This document shows positions 42,968 through 52,538 of a stretch of DNA of 64,000 nt, piece after piece. The position numbers and the translations under genes were made by a program. Location of the stretch: positions 1,575 through 65,574 of the forward strand of contig DATHUR010000130.1 of the NCBI GenBank assembly GCA_035462025.1. Direction: 5' to 3'. The DNA comes from Egicoccus sp. Its GTDB lineage: Bacteria; Actinomycetota; Nitriliruptoria; Nitriliruptorales; Nitriliruptoraceae. Under the pieces are notes generated by a model. It worked only from the letters and a program-made list of their open reading frames with translations, did no database searches and was not told the DNA's origin. The first letter of the stretch is position 1; each line of letters opens with the position of its first letter.

Positions 42968-44788
42968 ATGTGCGGTTTCAGCGGCGAACTACGACTCGAC
43001 GGCGCGACCCCGGACGTGGGTGCCGTCTACCGGATGACGGGCCGGATGATCTCCCGCGGCCCCGACGGGGAGGGCATCTGGTCGGCCGGGCCGATGGCGA
43101 TGGGCCACCGGCGGCTGTCGATCATCGATCTGTCCTCGTGCGGCAACCAGCCCATGCACGACGCCGCCCTCGGCCTGACACTGGTCTTCAACGGCTGCAT
43201 CTACAACTACCAGCCGTTGCGCGAGGAGTTGCAGCAGGCGGGCTACGAGTTCTTCTCGACCTCCGACACCGAGGTCGTGATGAAGGCCTACCACGCCTGG
43301 GGCGACCGCTTCGTCGACCGTCTGCAGGGCATGTTCGCGTTCGTCATCCACGAGCGGGGGACCGGCCGCACGTTCCTCGGCCGGGACCGTTTCGGCATCA
43401 AGCCGCTCTACGTGGTCGACGGTCCTTCCCGGCTGCGCTTCGCATCGAGCCTGCCCGCCCTGCTCGAGGGCGGCGACATCGACACGTCCATCGACCCGGT
43501 TGCACTGCACCACTACCTGACCTTCCACTCGGTCGTGCCCGCGCCCCACACCATCCTCAACGGGGTGAAGAAGGTGCCGCCGGCCACCACGATCGCGATC
43601 GAGGCCGACGGCTCGCGCGAGGTCACCGAGTACTGGCGGCCCGACTTCACCCGTGATCCCGACCGCGCGGACTGGAGCGCGCGCGACTGGGAGGACGCCA
43701 CCCTCGACGCGCTCCGCAAGGCCGTGCAGTGGCGGCTGGTCGCCGACGTGCCGGTCGGCGTGCTGCTCTCGGGCGGGCTCGACTCGTCGTTGGTGGTCGG
43801 CCTGCTCGCCGAGGCCGGCCAGCGCGGCCTGAACACCTTCTCGATCGGGTTCGAATCGTTCGGTGGCGAGGAGGGCGACGAGTTCAAGTACTCCGACGTC
43901 ATCGCCGAGCACTTCGAGACCAACCACCACCGGCTGCGCATCGACACCGAACGCATGCTGCCCGCGCTCGGCCAGGCCATCCACGCCATGAGCGAGCCGA
44001 TGGTCAGCCACGACGCCGTCGCGTTCTACCTGCTCTCGCAGGAGGTCAGCCAGCACGTCAAGGTGGTGCAGTCGGGCCAGGGCGCCGACGAGGTGTTCGC
44101 CGGCTACCACTGGTATCCGCCGATGCAGGCGCTCACCGACGAACTCGGCGAGGGCGACCGCGAACGGCTCGTCGCCGCCGCCGTCGACCGCTACGCCCAG
44201 GCCTTCTTCGACCGGCCGCATGCCGAGATGGCCGACCTCGTCGGCCGCGACTACCGGGTCGACACCGACGTCTCCCGCGCGCTGGTCGCGGCGCACTTCG
44301 CCGCGCCGGGCGCCCAGACCGCCACCGACATGGCACTGCGTCTCGACTCGCAGATCATGCTGGTCGACGACCCGGTCAAGCGCGTCGACAACATGACCAT
44401 GGCGTGGGGGCTCGAGGCCCGGGTCCCATTCCTCGACCACGAGGTGCTCGAGATCGCGGCCCGCATCCCGCCCGAGCTCAAGCTCGCCCAGGAGGGCAAG
44501 GGTGTGCTCAAGGAAGCGGCGCGGCGGGTGATCCCGAACGAGGTGATCGACCGGCCAAAGGGCTACTTCCCCGTCCCGGCGCTCAAGTACCTTCAAGGTC
44601 CCTACCTCGACCTGGTCCGCGACTCCCTGCTCGCCCCCGAGGCCCGCGAGCGCGGCCTGTTCCAGGCCGACGCCGTCCAGCGACTGCTCGACGACCCCAA
44701 CGGCCAGCTCACGCCCCTGCGCGGCAACAAGCTGTGGCAGTTGGCGCTGCTCGAGATGTGGTTGCAGACCCACGGCGTACGTCCGTGA
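42968..44788 (+). CDS. asnO: asparagine-synthase-family glutamine amidotransferase (NAGGN amidotransferase, AsnO-like)
   Basis: Met-Cys N-terminal nucleophile (MCGF). RGPDGEG. PP-loop LLSGGLDSSLVV. Immediately upstream of the ngg-type gene. Confidence 0.82.
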   Translation: MCGFSGELRLDGATPDVGAVYRMTGRMISRGPDGEGIWSAGPMAMGHRRLSIIDLSSCGNQPMHDAALGLTLVFNGCIYNYQPLREELQQAGYEFFSTSDTEVVMKAYHAWGDRFVDRLQGMFAFVIHERGTGRTFLGRDRFGIKPLYVVDGPSRLRFASSLPALLEGGDIDTSIDPVALHHYLTFHSVVPAPHTILNGVKKVPPATTIAIEADGSREVTEYWRPDFTRDPDRADWSARDWEDATLDALRKAVQWRLVADVPVGVLLSGGLDSSLVVGLLAEAGQRGLNTFSIGFESFGGEEGDEFKYSDVIAEHFETNHHRLRIDTERMLPALGQAIHAMSEPMVSHDAVAFYLLSQEVSQHVKVVQSGQGADEVFAGYHWYPPMQALTDELGEGDRERLVAAAVDRYAQAFFDRPHAEMADLVGRDYRVDTDVSRALVAAHFAAPGAQTATDMALRLDSQIMLVDDPVKRVDNMTMAWGLEARVPFLDHEVLEIAARIPPELKLAQEGKGVLKEAARRVIPNEVIDRPKGYFPVPALKYLQGPYLDLVRDSLLAPEARERGLFQADAVQRLLDDPNGQLTPLRGNKLWQLALLEMWLQTHGVRP

Positions 44789-44852
44789 GGCAGCCGCGCC
44801 GCGCACGTCCCCTCCCAGGGCCCACCATGCCGGGCTCGACCAAGGAACGCCG

Positions 44853-46712
44853 GTGAACCCCACCCCGTCCGAGCGGGGCAAGCGCGCGGCACGCGGCCAC
44901 GTCCGCGATGCCTCCAAGCCCAGTCACGGCGCCAACCTGTCCACGCGCTCGTGGGACGTCCGACCGCCGCACCTGACCGCCGACCTGATCCCCGACGTCG
45001 CGCTCGAGTGCGGCTGGGGACGGCTGATCTTCGGGCAGACCTTCGCCGGTCACGACGACCTCGTGAAGGTCGTCTCGGCCGAGGAGGCGGGGCGGCGCGA
45101 CATCTGCCTCTACGTCCGCGAACCCCACGTCCTGGTGGCCCACGCCCCCCAGGAGCTGTTCATCGACCCGAGCCACACCTATCGCAAGTGGCTGCACCAG
45201 CACCGCGCCGACCGCGACCCGGTCCGCGGTGTGGTCGTGCGCGACATGCGCTCCGAGGCCGACGCCGAGGCCGTCAACCGCATCTACACCGCCGCCGGCA
45301 TGGTGGTCGCGCCCAGCGAGATCATGTGGGCCAACCAGCGCACGGCGACCTTCACCTACCTCGTCGCCGAGGACGCGGACACCGGCGAGATCATCGGCAC
45401 CGTGACCGGTGTGGACCACCGGCTGGCGTTCAACGACCCCGAGGACGGCACCAGCCTGTGGTGCCTGGCGGTCGACCCGCAGGCGGCCCGGCCGGGCATC
45501 GGCCGGGCATTGGTCGGCACCCTGCTCGACCGGTTCAAGGCCCGTGGCCGGGCCTACCTCGACCTGTCGGTCGTCCACGACAACGAGCCGGCGATCAGGC
45601 TGTACGAGAAGCTCGGGTTCGTGCGCGTGCCCGTGTTCGCCGTCAAGCGCAAGAACCCGATCAACGAGCGGCTGTTCTCCGCGGCCCCCGCGGAACGGCT
45701 CGACGACCTCAACCCGTATGCCCGGCTGGTCGCCGACGAGGCGCTGCGCCGCGGCATCTCGGTCGAGGTGCTCGACGCCGAGAGTGGCCTGCTGCGCCTC
45801 GCCCACGGGGGCCGCAGCATCCAGACGCGCGAGTCGCTGTCGGAGTTGACCACCGCGGTCGCGATGAGCAAGTGCGACGACAAGCGGCTGACCAACCGTC
45901 TGCTCGCCGAGGACGGCCTGCACGTCCCACGCGGCGCCGTCGCCACCGACGGGCCCGAGGACGAGGAGCTGCTCGAGGAGTTGGGCGAACTCGTGGTCAA
46001 GCCGGCCCGGGGCGAGCAGGGCCAGGGCGTCACGGTCGGGGTCACCACCGTCGAGGAGTTGCGCGAGGCGATCGGTCTCGCGCGCACCTTCTGCAACGTG
46101 GTCCTGCTCGAGCAGTGCGTGTCGGGCCGGGACCTGCGTATCGTCGTGATCGACCACGAGGTGGTCGCCGCCGCCGTGCGCCGGCCCGCGACCGTGGTCG
46201 GCACCGGCGAGCACACCGTGCGCGAGTTGATCGAGTCGACGTCGCGCCGCCGCAGCGCGGCCACCGGCGGCGAGGCGGTCATCCCACTGGACGCGGTGAC
46301 CGAGAAGGCCTGCCTCGACCACGGCTACGGGTTCGACGACGTCCTGCCGAAGGGCGAGGACCTCGAGGTGCGCCGGACCGCCAACCTGCACACCGGCGGG
46401 ACCATCCACGACGTCACGGCCCAGTTGCACCCGGCGCTGGCCGACGCGGCCGTCCGGGCCAGCCGCAAACTCGACATCCCGGTGGTCGGCATGGACCTGC
46501 TCGTCCCCGACGTCGCCGGGGACGAGTACGTGTTCATCGAGGCCAACGAACGGCCGGGGCTGGCCAACCACGAACCGCAACCGACGGCCGCACGGTTCAT
46601 CGACCTGCTGTTCCCGGCGACGCGGCCGCTGCCGCGGGGTTGGGAGCCGGGCAAGGTCGCCACGGACCACGCCGCCACGACCAGGGACGACGACGACCGT
46701 GTCGGCGGCTGA
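44853..46712 (+). CDS. ngg: bifunctional GNAT + ATP-grasp N-acetylglutaminylglutamine synthetase (Ngg-like)
   Basis: GNAT core (LAVDPQAARPGIGRALV...LYEKLGF) followed by an ATP-grasp (VVKPARGEQGQGV, LLEQCVSGRDLRIVVID, FIEANERPG). 619 aa. Confidence 0.82.
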   Translation: MNPTPSERGKRAARGHVRDASKPSHGANLSTRSWDVRPPHLTADLIPDVALECGWGRLIFGQTFAGHDDLVKVVSAEEAGRRDICLYVREPHVLVAHAPQELFIDPSHTYRKWLHQHRADRDPVRGVVVRDMRSEADAEAVNRIYTAAGMVVAPSEIMWANQRTATFTYLVAEDADTGEIIGTVTGVDHRLAFNDPEDGTSLWCLAVDPQAARPGIGRALVGTLLDRFKARGRAYLDLSVVHDNEPAIRLYEKLGFVRVPVFAVKRKNPINERLFSAAPAERLDDLNPYARLVADEALRRGISVEVLDAESGLLRLAHGGRSIQTRESLSELTTAVAMSKCDDKRLTNRLLAEDGLHVPRGAVATDGPEDEELLEELGELVVKPARGEQGQGVTVGVTTVEELREAIGLARTFCNVVLLEQCVSGRDLRIVVIDHEVVAAAVRRPATVVGTGEHTVRELIESTSRRRSAATGGEAVIPLDAVTEKACLDHGYGFDDVLPKGEDLEVRRTANLHTGGTIHDVTAQLHPALADAAVRASRKLDIPVVGMDLLVPDVAGDEYVFIEANERPGLANHEPQPTAARFIDLLFPATRPLPRGWEPGKVATDHAATTRDDDDRVGG

Positions 46713-47790
46713 GCCGCCGCAGGTCCACCTCGGCGTGGTCGCGGCTCCCGCGGTGGGACGCGACGTGGCCGCGGAGGTCGTCGCGGCGCTCCCGGGGCTG
46801 CTGGAGCGGCGCTATGCCGGCACCGCATGGCAGGTCACCCTGCTCGTCGACGCGCTGGTCGCGCCGCCCGCGGACGACGACGACCTGGTCGAGGCGGCGC
46901 ACGACCGGCTGCTGGCCGAGGACTTCGACCTCCTCCTGGTGCTCACCGACCTCCCCGTCGACGTCGACGGACGCGCCGTCGTCGGGCACGCCAGCCCTCT
47001 GCACGGCGTCGGGGTGCTGTGCGTGCCCGCCCTCGGGCCGCTGAACCGCCGCAGGCGGGCGCTCGACGCGTCCGTGCGCCTGCTCGACGTCCTGCTCGAC
47101 GTCCCCGCGGGCGCCGACGACGCGACGGCGACGGCCGAGGCCGGCGAACGGCTGCGCGACCTCGCGACCGACTTCGCCCGCGGCGACGACCGCGGGCTCG
47201 TGCTGGCCGCCCGGGTACTCACCGGCAAGTGGGGGTTGCTGTTCGGCATGGTGCGCGCGAACCATCCCTGGCGACTCGCCCTGCGCCTGTCACGGGCCCT
47301 GGCGGCCGCGGGGGCGGTCGGGATCCTCGCCATGGTCACGCCGGACGTGTGGCTGCTCGCCGACGACTATTCGCTGCTGCGCCACAGCCTGCTCGCGCTC
47401 GCCGTGATCGCGATCGTCTGCGCCACGCTGATCGTGGGGGCGCGCCTGTGGGACCGGCCGCCGACGCCACGCGCACGCGAACAGGTCACGCTGTTCAACC
47501 TCGCCACCCTCGTCACCGTCGCGATCGGCGTCACCACGCTGTACGGCGTGTTGTTCCTGCTCGCCCAGATCGGGGCGTTCGCACTGCTGACGCCGGGTGT
47601 GCTGACCGAGACCCTGGGGCACCCGATCAGGCCCGCCGACGTGATCGGCGTCGCCTGGCTGACCACGACGCTGTCGATGCTCGGCGGCGCCCTCGGGGCC
47701 GGGATCGAGTCCGACGACGCCGTCCGCGAGGCGGCATACAGCCACCGGACCGGCGGCGACACCGTCCTCGAGGCGACGCCGGCCGGCTAG
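46699..47790 (+). CDS. uncharacterised protein: soluble N-terminal domain plus about 4 C-terminal TM helices
   Basis: GTG overlaps the ngg 3' end by 14 nt (alternative GTG 46735). Acidic alpha/beta-like N-domain. TM segments AAAGAVGILAMV, LLALAVIAIVCATLIV, LATLVTVAIGVTTLYGVLFLLAQIGAFALL, VAWLTTTLSMLGGALGAGI. Confidence 0.6.
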   Translation: MSAAEPPQVHLGVVAAPAVGRDVAAEVVAALPGLLERRYAGTAWQVTLLVDALVAPPADDDDLVEAAHDRLLAEDFDLLLVLTDLPVDVDGRAVVGHASPLHGVGVLCVPALGPLNRRRRALDASVRLLDVLLDVPAGADDATATAEAGERLRDLATDFARGDDRGLVLAARVLTGKWGLLFGMVRANHPWRLALRLSRALAAAGAVGILAMVTPDVWLLADDYSLLRHSLLALAVIAIVCATLIVGARLWDRPPTPRAREQVTLFNLATLVTVAIGVTTLYGVLFLLAQIGAFALLTPGVLTETLGHPIRPADVIGVAWLTTTLSMLGGALGAGIESDDAVREAAYSHRTGGDTVLEATPAG

Positions 47791-47805
47791 CGATCACCGA
47801 TTCCC

Positions 47806-47970
47806 TCAGTCGCCGCCGCGTCCCCGCATCCCGACCACGGCGGCGATCACCACGATCACGGCAGCGATGATGAGCAGCCACCTCAGCGCGTCGAGCAGCA
47901 GGCTGATCACGAACAGCACCAGCGCGAGCGCGAGCAGGCCGGCCGCGACCCTGGCGAGTCGTCCCGACAT
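47806..47970 (-). CDS. small two-TM membrane protein (54 aa)
   Basis: ATG at Met51 of the track ORF, preceded by aagggga RBS. VAAGLLALALVLFVISLLL and WLLIIAAVIVVIAAVV. Confidence 0.5.
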   Translation of the reverse strand: MSGRLARVAAGLLALALVLFVISLLLDALRWLLIIAAVIVVIAAVVGMRGRGGD

Positions 47971-48087
47971 CGAGGTCCCCTTGTCGTCGTGCGTGCACGG
48001 TAGGTGGCGACCGCGGGTCGGCCCGGCGCGCGCCCCGGCCACCCGTCCGCCGCTACCGTGCCGTCGCCACCGCACCCGAGGCCGACG

Positions 48088-48879
48088 ATGTCGCTGCCCG
48101 ACGACCTGGCGCTCGCGCACGACATCGCGGACATCGCCGACGAGATCACGCGCGTGGCCTTCACCGGCCGGGCGCTGCCCTTCGAGCGCAAGGCCGACGG
48201 CAGCCCCGTCACCGCCGTGGACGTCACCGTCGAGCGTGCCGTGCAGCGGACGCTGGCCCAGCGGCGCCCGGACGACGGCGTCCTCGGCGAGGAGATCGGC
48301 GCGGTCGGAGCGGCGGCACGCACCTGGATCCTCGACGGTGTCGACGGCACCGTGAACTTCGTCGCGGGTCGCCCGGCTTGGGCGACCGAGATCGCCCTGG
48401 TGGTCGACGGCCGGCCGGTCCTGGGTGTCAGCACGAGTCCCGCCCTCGGACGCCGCTGGTGGGGTGGACCCGACCTCGGTGCCTGGCTCGGTGACCTACC
48501 TCGCGATCCGGCGACCCGACCGCGGCCGCTGGCGGTCGCACCCGAAGGGGTGGGGTTCGCGACGATGCCCGCGGTGGCGAGGTTCCGGGGCGAACCCGAA
48601 GAGGCGCTCCTCGGCCCGCTGGCGGCTCTGGGCGACGAGGTCGACTCGCCCGTACACGGCGCGATGCTGGTCGCCGGCGGCGAGGCAGCCGCATGTCTGC
48701 ACGCGCGCGGTGGTCCGTGGGACTTCGCGGCGTTCGCGGCGATCGTCGAGGGTGCCGGCGGACGCTGGTCGGACCTCGACGGCGGTCGCCGCCTCGACCA
48801 CGGCGGCCCGCTGCTCTACTCCAACGGCACCGTCCATGACGACCTGCTCGCCGCCTTCGGCCGAGACGGCCCGGCGTGA
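48088..48879 (+). CDS. inositol monophosphatase family protein (HisN/SuhB-like)
   Basis: GEE, WILDGVDGTVNF, and PWDFAAFAAIV motifs. Confidence 0.8.
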   Translation: MSLPDDLALAHDIADIADEITRVAFTGRALPFERKADGSPVTAVDVTVERAVQRTLAQRRPDDGVLGEEIGAVGAAARTWILDGVDGTVNFVAGRPAWATEIALVVDGRPVLGVSTSPALGRRWWGGPDLGAWLGDLPRDPATRPRPLAVAPEGVGFATMPAVARFRGEPEEALLGPLAALGDEVDSPVHGAMLVAGGEAAACLHARGGPWDFAAFAAIVEGAGGRWSDLDGGRRLDHGGPLLYSNGTVHDDLLAAFGRDGPA

Positions 48880-48890
48880 GCAGCCGTCCG

Positions 48891-49562
48891 TCAGGCTCGC
48901 GCGGTGCGGGCAACGAGCGCAAACCGTTCATCGTGCACCGGCCGGCCCCACAGCCGCGGGTCGCCACTGAGGTCATGCACGGCGAACTCGTGGACCAGTG
49001 GCGCCACGGCGGCGGTGAGCGTGGCGCCACCGACTCCACCCAACCACGGCAGCGCAGCCGCGACCTCCGTGTCGCCCGTGTCAGCCGCGCTGCTGGGCTG
49101 GTTCCAGTGGCCCTCGATCAGCAGGAGCGTCCCTCCCGGGCGCAGCAGCCGGGTCCAGGTCGCCAACGCCTGGTGTGGGTCAGGCAGTGTCCAGAGCAGA
49201 TGCCGACCGAGCACGACGTCCACCGAGGCCGGCGCAACCGGTGGGTCGGCCGCGTCTGCCTGCTGGAACTCGACGTTCACGGCTGCAGCTACCGCCTTCG
49301 CCCTCGCCGCCTGGATCATCTGACGGGACAGATCGACCCCCCGCACGGTGTAGCCGTCGCCCGCGAGCAGCACCGACAGCGTCCCTGTGCCACAGCCGAG
49401 GTCGGCGACCTCCGCCGGCGGGGCCGGCAGCCAGGACCGCAACCGCCTCATCCACGCGTCACGGACGACGGGGTCCGACAGGCCGTGGTCCGGCTCGTCG
49501 TCGAAGTTCGACGACCGCGCGTCCCAGTACTCAGCGACGCGGGCGGCTACGGGCTCGGTCAT
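48891..49562 (-). CDS. class I SAM-dependent methyltransferase
   Basis: ATG after aggggggatc. VADLGCGTGTLS motif I. DVVLGRHLLW. PGGTLLL. Confidence 0.82.
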   Translation of the reverse strand: MTEPVAARVAEYWDARSSNFDDEPDHGLSDPVVRDAWMRRLRSWLPAPPAEVADLGCGTGTLSVLLAGDGYTVRGVDLSRQMIQAARAKAVAAAVNVEFQQADAADPPVAPASVDVVLGRHLLWTLPDPHQALATWTRLLRPGGTLLLIEGHWNQPSSAADTGDTEVAAALPWLGGVGGATLTAAVAPLVHEFAVHDLSGDPRLWGRPVHDERFALVARTARA

Positions 49563-49685
49563 GATCCCCCCTGACGTCCGCATGAAAGCGGATGGACGAC
49601 ACCGGTGTGTCAGCACGGGCGCGCGTCGGCCCCTCCCTGGTCCGCCCGTGGCAACGTGCCGCCGAAGCCGATCGGACAGGTCGTC

Positions 49686-50240
49686 ATGGTGACACTCGAA
49701 CCGATGGGTGATGACCACGCTGCGTGGCTCGTCGAGTTCCTGACCAGCGACAGCTGGCCCTTCCACGCGGGGACTGTCGACCGGGAACTCGTCACGGAAC
49801 GGCTGCGTCACGGCTACTACGACGGGCCCGGTCGAGCCACCTTCCTCGTCACCGAGGTCGCGCAACGGGTCGGCCTGACCCGGATCGAGGATCTGGACGA
49901 CCCCACGCCCACGCTCGATCTGCGGATCGCCGCAGCTCACCGTGGTCGAGGCTTTGGCGTGGCCGCGCTGCGCGAGCTGGCGCGATGGGTCTTCGACACG
50001 CACGATGTCGAGCGACTCGAAGGGACCACCCGCCAGGACAACGTCGCGATGCGACGCACGTTCCAGGCGGTGGGGTTCGTCAAGGAAGCCCACTACCGCC
50101 GCGGCTGGCCCACCCGCAGCGGCCGTCTGCTCGACGCCGTTGGCTACGCCCTGCTGCGAACGGACTGGCGCGACGGCACCACGACGCCGGTGGACTGGCA
50201 CGACGAACCCGACGGCTCTGACGTCTCGGCCGGGTCGTAG
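49686..50240 (+). CDS. GNAT family N-acetyltransferase (RimJ/RimL-like)
   Basis: HRGRGFGVAALREL...N.AMRRTFQAVGFVKE pattern. ATG at Met28 of the track ORF. Confidence 0.75.
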   Translation: MVTLEPMGDDHAAWLVEFLTSDSWPFHAGTVDRELVTERLRHGYYDGPGRATFLVTEVAQRVGLTRIEDLDDPTPTLDLRIAAAHRGRGFGVAALRELARWVFDTHDVERLEGTTRQDNVAMRRTFQAVGFVKEAHYRRGWPTRSGRLLDAVGYALLRTDWRDGTTTPVDWHDEPDGSDVSAGS

Positions 50241-50301
50241 CCACGGGGGAGTTGCGCACGCCCACGTATCGCAGAGGTGACGGCAGCTCGCGGGTCGACG
50301 G

Positions 50302-51144
50302 CTAGAACAGGATGGTCGTGACGGCGAGGACGGCGACGGCCGCGACGAACACGCGGACCGCGGCGGCCCGGGCGCGGGCCGGCTCGACGAACAGGACCTT
50401 GCCGGCGATCAGTCCGCCGACGAACCCGCCGAGGTGGCCGCCGACCGAGATGCCCGGCAGGGCGAACGTGATCACGAGGTTGAGCAGGACCAGGGAGCCG
50501 ATGCTGGTGCGCCACGGGTTGATGCCGCGCGAGCGCATCCCCACCATGGCCGCTCCCATCAGGCCGAAGACGGCCCCGGAAGCCCCGACGGTCACCCCGA
50601 CCGGGTTGGTGGCGAACAGCCAGCCGAGCAGCGGGATGTCGGGCAGGGCCGTGTAGGCCGTGAGCCAGCCGAGACCGACGATGCCGAGCGCGCCACCGGC
50701 CAGGCCGGCGAGGTAGAGGGCGCCGAAGCGGACGTGCCCGAGCACCGGTTCGAGCATCTGGCCGAGTTGCCACAGCAGCAGGCCGTTGAACCCGACGTGG
50801 ATCAGCCCGACGTGCAGGAACGCGCTGGTGATCTGTCGCCACGGCTGCGCGCCCGCCAGCGCCGGGACCAGCCCGAACTCGCGGGTCAGCGGCATCGTCT
50901 GCGACAGCAGGTAGACCGCGGCGATGGCGCCGACGAGAACCTGGGTGACCACCGGCTGGACCAGCAGTTGCCGCACCGAACGGACGGGCTGGCCCCCGCG
51001 CGCGCACTCGGGGCACTGGTAGCCGACCGGGGCGTCGATCATGTCGTCGGTGCAGATCGGCCGTTCGCAGCGCGAGCAACGCAGCCGCGCCTCGCGGTCG
51101 GGATGCCGGTAACAGACGGTGGTGCTGGTCTCGTGGTCGCTCAC
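50302..51144 (-). CDS. rhomboid family intramembrane serine protease with N-terminal zinc-ribbon
   Basis: CYRHP...CSRCERPIC...YQCPEC. TSAFLHVGLIHVGFN. GASGAVFG (Ser). GGHLGGFVGG (His). Confidence 0.88.
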   Translation of the reverse strand: MSDHETSTTVCYRHPDREARLRCSRCERPICTDDMIDAPVGYQCPECARGGQPVRSVRQLLVQPVVTQVLVGAIAAVYLLSQTMPLTREFGLVPALAGAQPWRQITSAFLHVGLIHVGFNGLLLWQLGQMLEPVLGHVRFGALYLAGLAGGALGIVGLGWLTAYTALPDIPLLGWLFATNPVGVTVGASGAVFGLMGAAMVGMRSRGINPWRTSIGSLVLLNLVITFALPGISVGGHLGGFVGGLIAGKVLFVEPARARAAAVRVFVAAVAVLAVTTILF

Positions 51145-51211
51145 GGAAGCTGGGAGCCTGGTCGCGGGGGAGCGTGAAGGTACCCGCGTAGCCTGGTCGG
51201 ACCGGCGACGT

Positions 51212-51505
51212 TCAGGCGGTCCAGCCGAGCACGGCGTCGCCGAAGGCGAGCATCCCGACCCACACGGCCGCGTTGCCGACGGGTACCAGCAGCGTCAGCA
51301 CCGCACGGGTGCGGGCGAACCTGATCAGCAACGCCACCGCGAGGCACCAGACGAGTCCGAGGAACACGAGCGCCCACAAGGGCGCGACCAGCCCGCTGGT
51401 GAGGGTGATGAAGCCGACGCCGAGTTGCAGGATCGCGGCCAGGGCGATCGCGACGACATCCAGCGGTGAGGGACGGGAACGGGTGGTGGGGGACGGGGCG
51501 GTCAC
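51212..51505 (-). CDS. small hydrophobic membrane protein (97 aa)
   Basis: GTG start. Three hydrophobic helices. No family recognised. Confidence 0.45.
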   Translation of the reverse strand: MTAPSPTTRSRPSPLDVVAIALAAILQLGVGFITLTSGLVAPLWALVFLGLVWCLAVALLIRFARTRAVLTLLVPVGNAAVWVGMLAFGDAVLGWTA

Positions 51506-51552
51506 GATGTGGCCTCGGTCTGCGACGTGGCCGAACGGTAGCCTCCGCGGTC

Positions 51553-52440
51553 ATGACACCGGCCGTGCAGCGACAGACCGAGGCGCTCGCCGACCTGCTC
51601 GCCGCCGGGCCCGCCCTGGTCGTCAGCGGCGCCGGGATCTCGACCGACTCCGGCATCCCGGACTACCGCGACGCGGACGGGCGGATGCGGCATGCCTCGC
51701 CGATGACCTACCAGCAGTTCGTCGCCAGCGCCGCGGATCGGCGCCGGTACTGGGCGCGCTCGCACCTCGGCTGGCACCGGATCGCCGCGGCGCGGCCGAA
51801 TGCCGGTCACCTGGCGGTGGCGGCGCTGCAGGCCGCGGGACGGCTCAGCGGCGTCGTGACCCAGAACGTCGACGGCCTGCACACCGCCGCCGGCACGGAC
51901 GGGGTCATCGACCTGCACGGTCGCCTCGACACGGTCGTCTGCCTCGACTGCGGGGTACGCCGGCCCCGTCTGGAGCTGGGCCTCCGACTGGACGCGGTGA
52001 ACCCCGGCTTCCGCACGGGACCGGCGGGCCGCGCGGCGAGCCATCGACCGGACGGCGACGTCGTCATCCCCGAGGACGTCGTGGCCCGCTTCCGGGTGGT
52101 CGGCTGCCGGGGCTGCGGCGGCGTGCTCAAGCCCGACGTGGTGTTCTTCGGCGAGCACGTCCCCTCGGCGCGCTTCCGTGCGGCGCTCGACCTGCTCGAC
52201 CGCTCGGCGTCGCTGCTGGTGCTCGGCTCGTCGCTGATGGTCGGATCGGGGTACCGCTTCGTCACGGCCGCCGTGCGGCGGGGCCTGCCCGTCGCGATCG
52301 CGACGCGCGGCACGACCCGCGGGGACCGTCACGCCGGTCTCAAGGTCGACGCGGCGCTCGGTGAGGTCCTGCCCGCCCTCGCCGCTGAGGCGGCGGGCCG
52401 GACGGGACGACAGGCCCACGCCGCCGCGCTCGCCGGGTAG
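51553..52440 (+). CDS. NAD-dependent protein deacylase (sirtuin, Sir2 family)
   Basis: [29 protein letters not shown], Zn ribbon CLDCG...CRGCGG, LVLGSSL. Confidence 0.88.
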   Translation: MTPAVQRQTEALADLLAAGPALVVSGAGISTDSGIPDYRDADGRMRHASPMTYQQFVASAADRRRYWARSHLGWHRIAAARPNAGHLAVAALQAAGRLSGVVTQNVDGLHTAAGTDGVIDLHGRLDTVVCLDCGVRRPRLELGLRLDAVNPGFRTGPAGRAASHRPDGDVVIPEDVVARFRVVGCRGCGGVLKPDVVFFGEHVPSARFRAALDLLDRSASLLVLGSSLMVGSGYRFVTAAVRRGLPVAIATRGTTRGDRHAGLKVDAALGEVLPALAAEAAGRTGRQAHAAALAG

Positions 52441-52538
52441 CGTCACTGCCTGAGCGGCGGCGTAGGTGCTGTTGTTGCTCTGCAGGCACCGTCGCCCGGG
52501 CGCGGGCGCCATCTGGAAGCCGGTCCCGGAGACCAAGA

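Noticed and set aside
51553-52440. The Sir2-domain protein as a possible anti-phage effector (Thoeris ThsA, DSR, SIR2-HerA or SIR2-pAgo type).
   Set aside because: It has canonical sirtuin length and motifs, including the CxxC...CxxC zinc ribbon. No SLOG, TIR, HerA, Argonaute or large helical partner is fused or adjacent. Its neighbours are housekeeping-like membrane and acetyltransferase genes.
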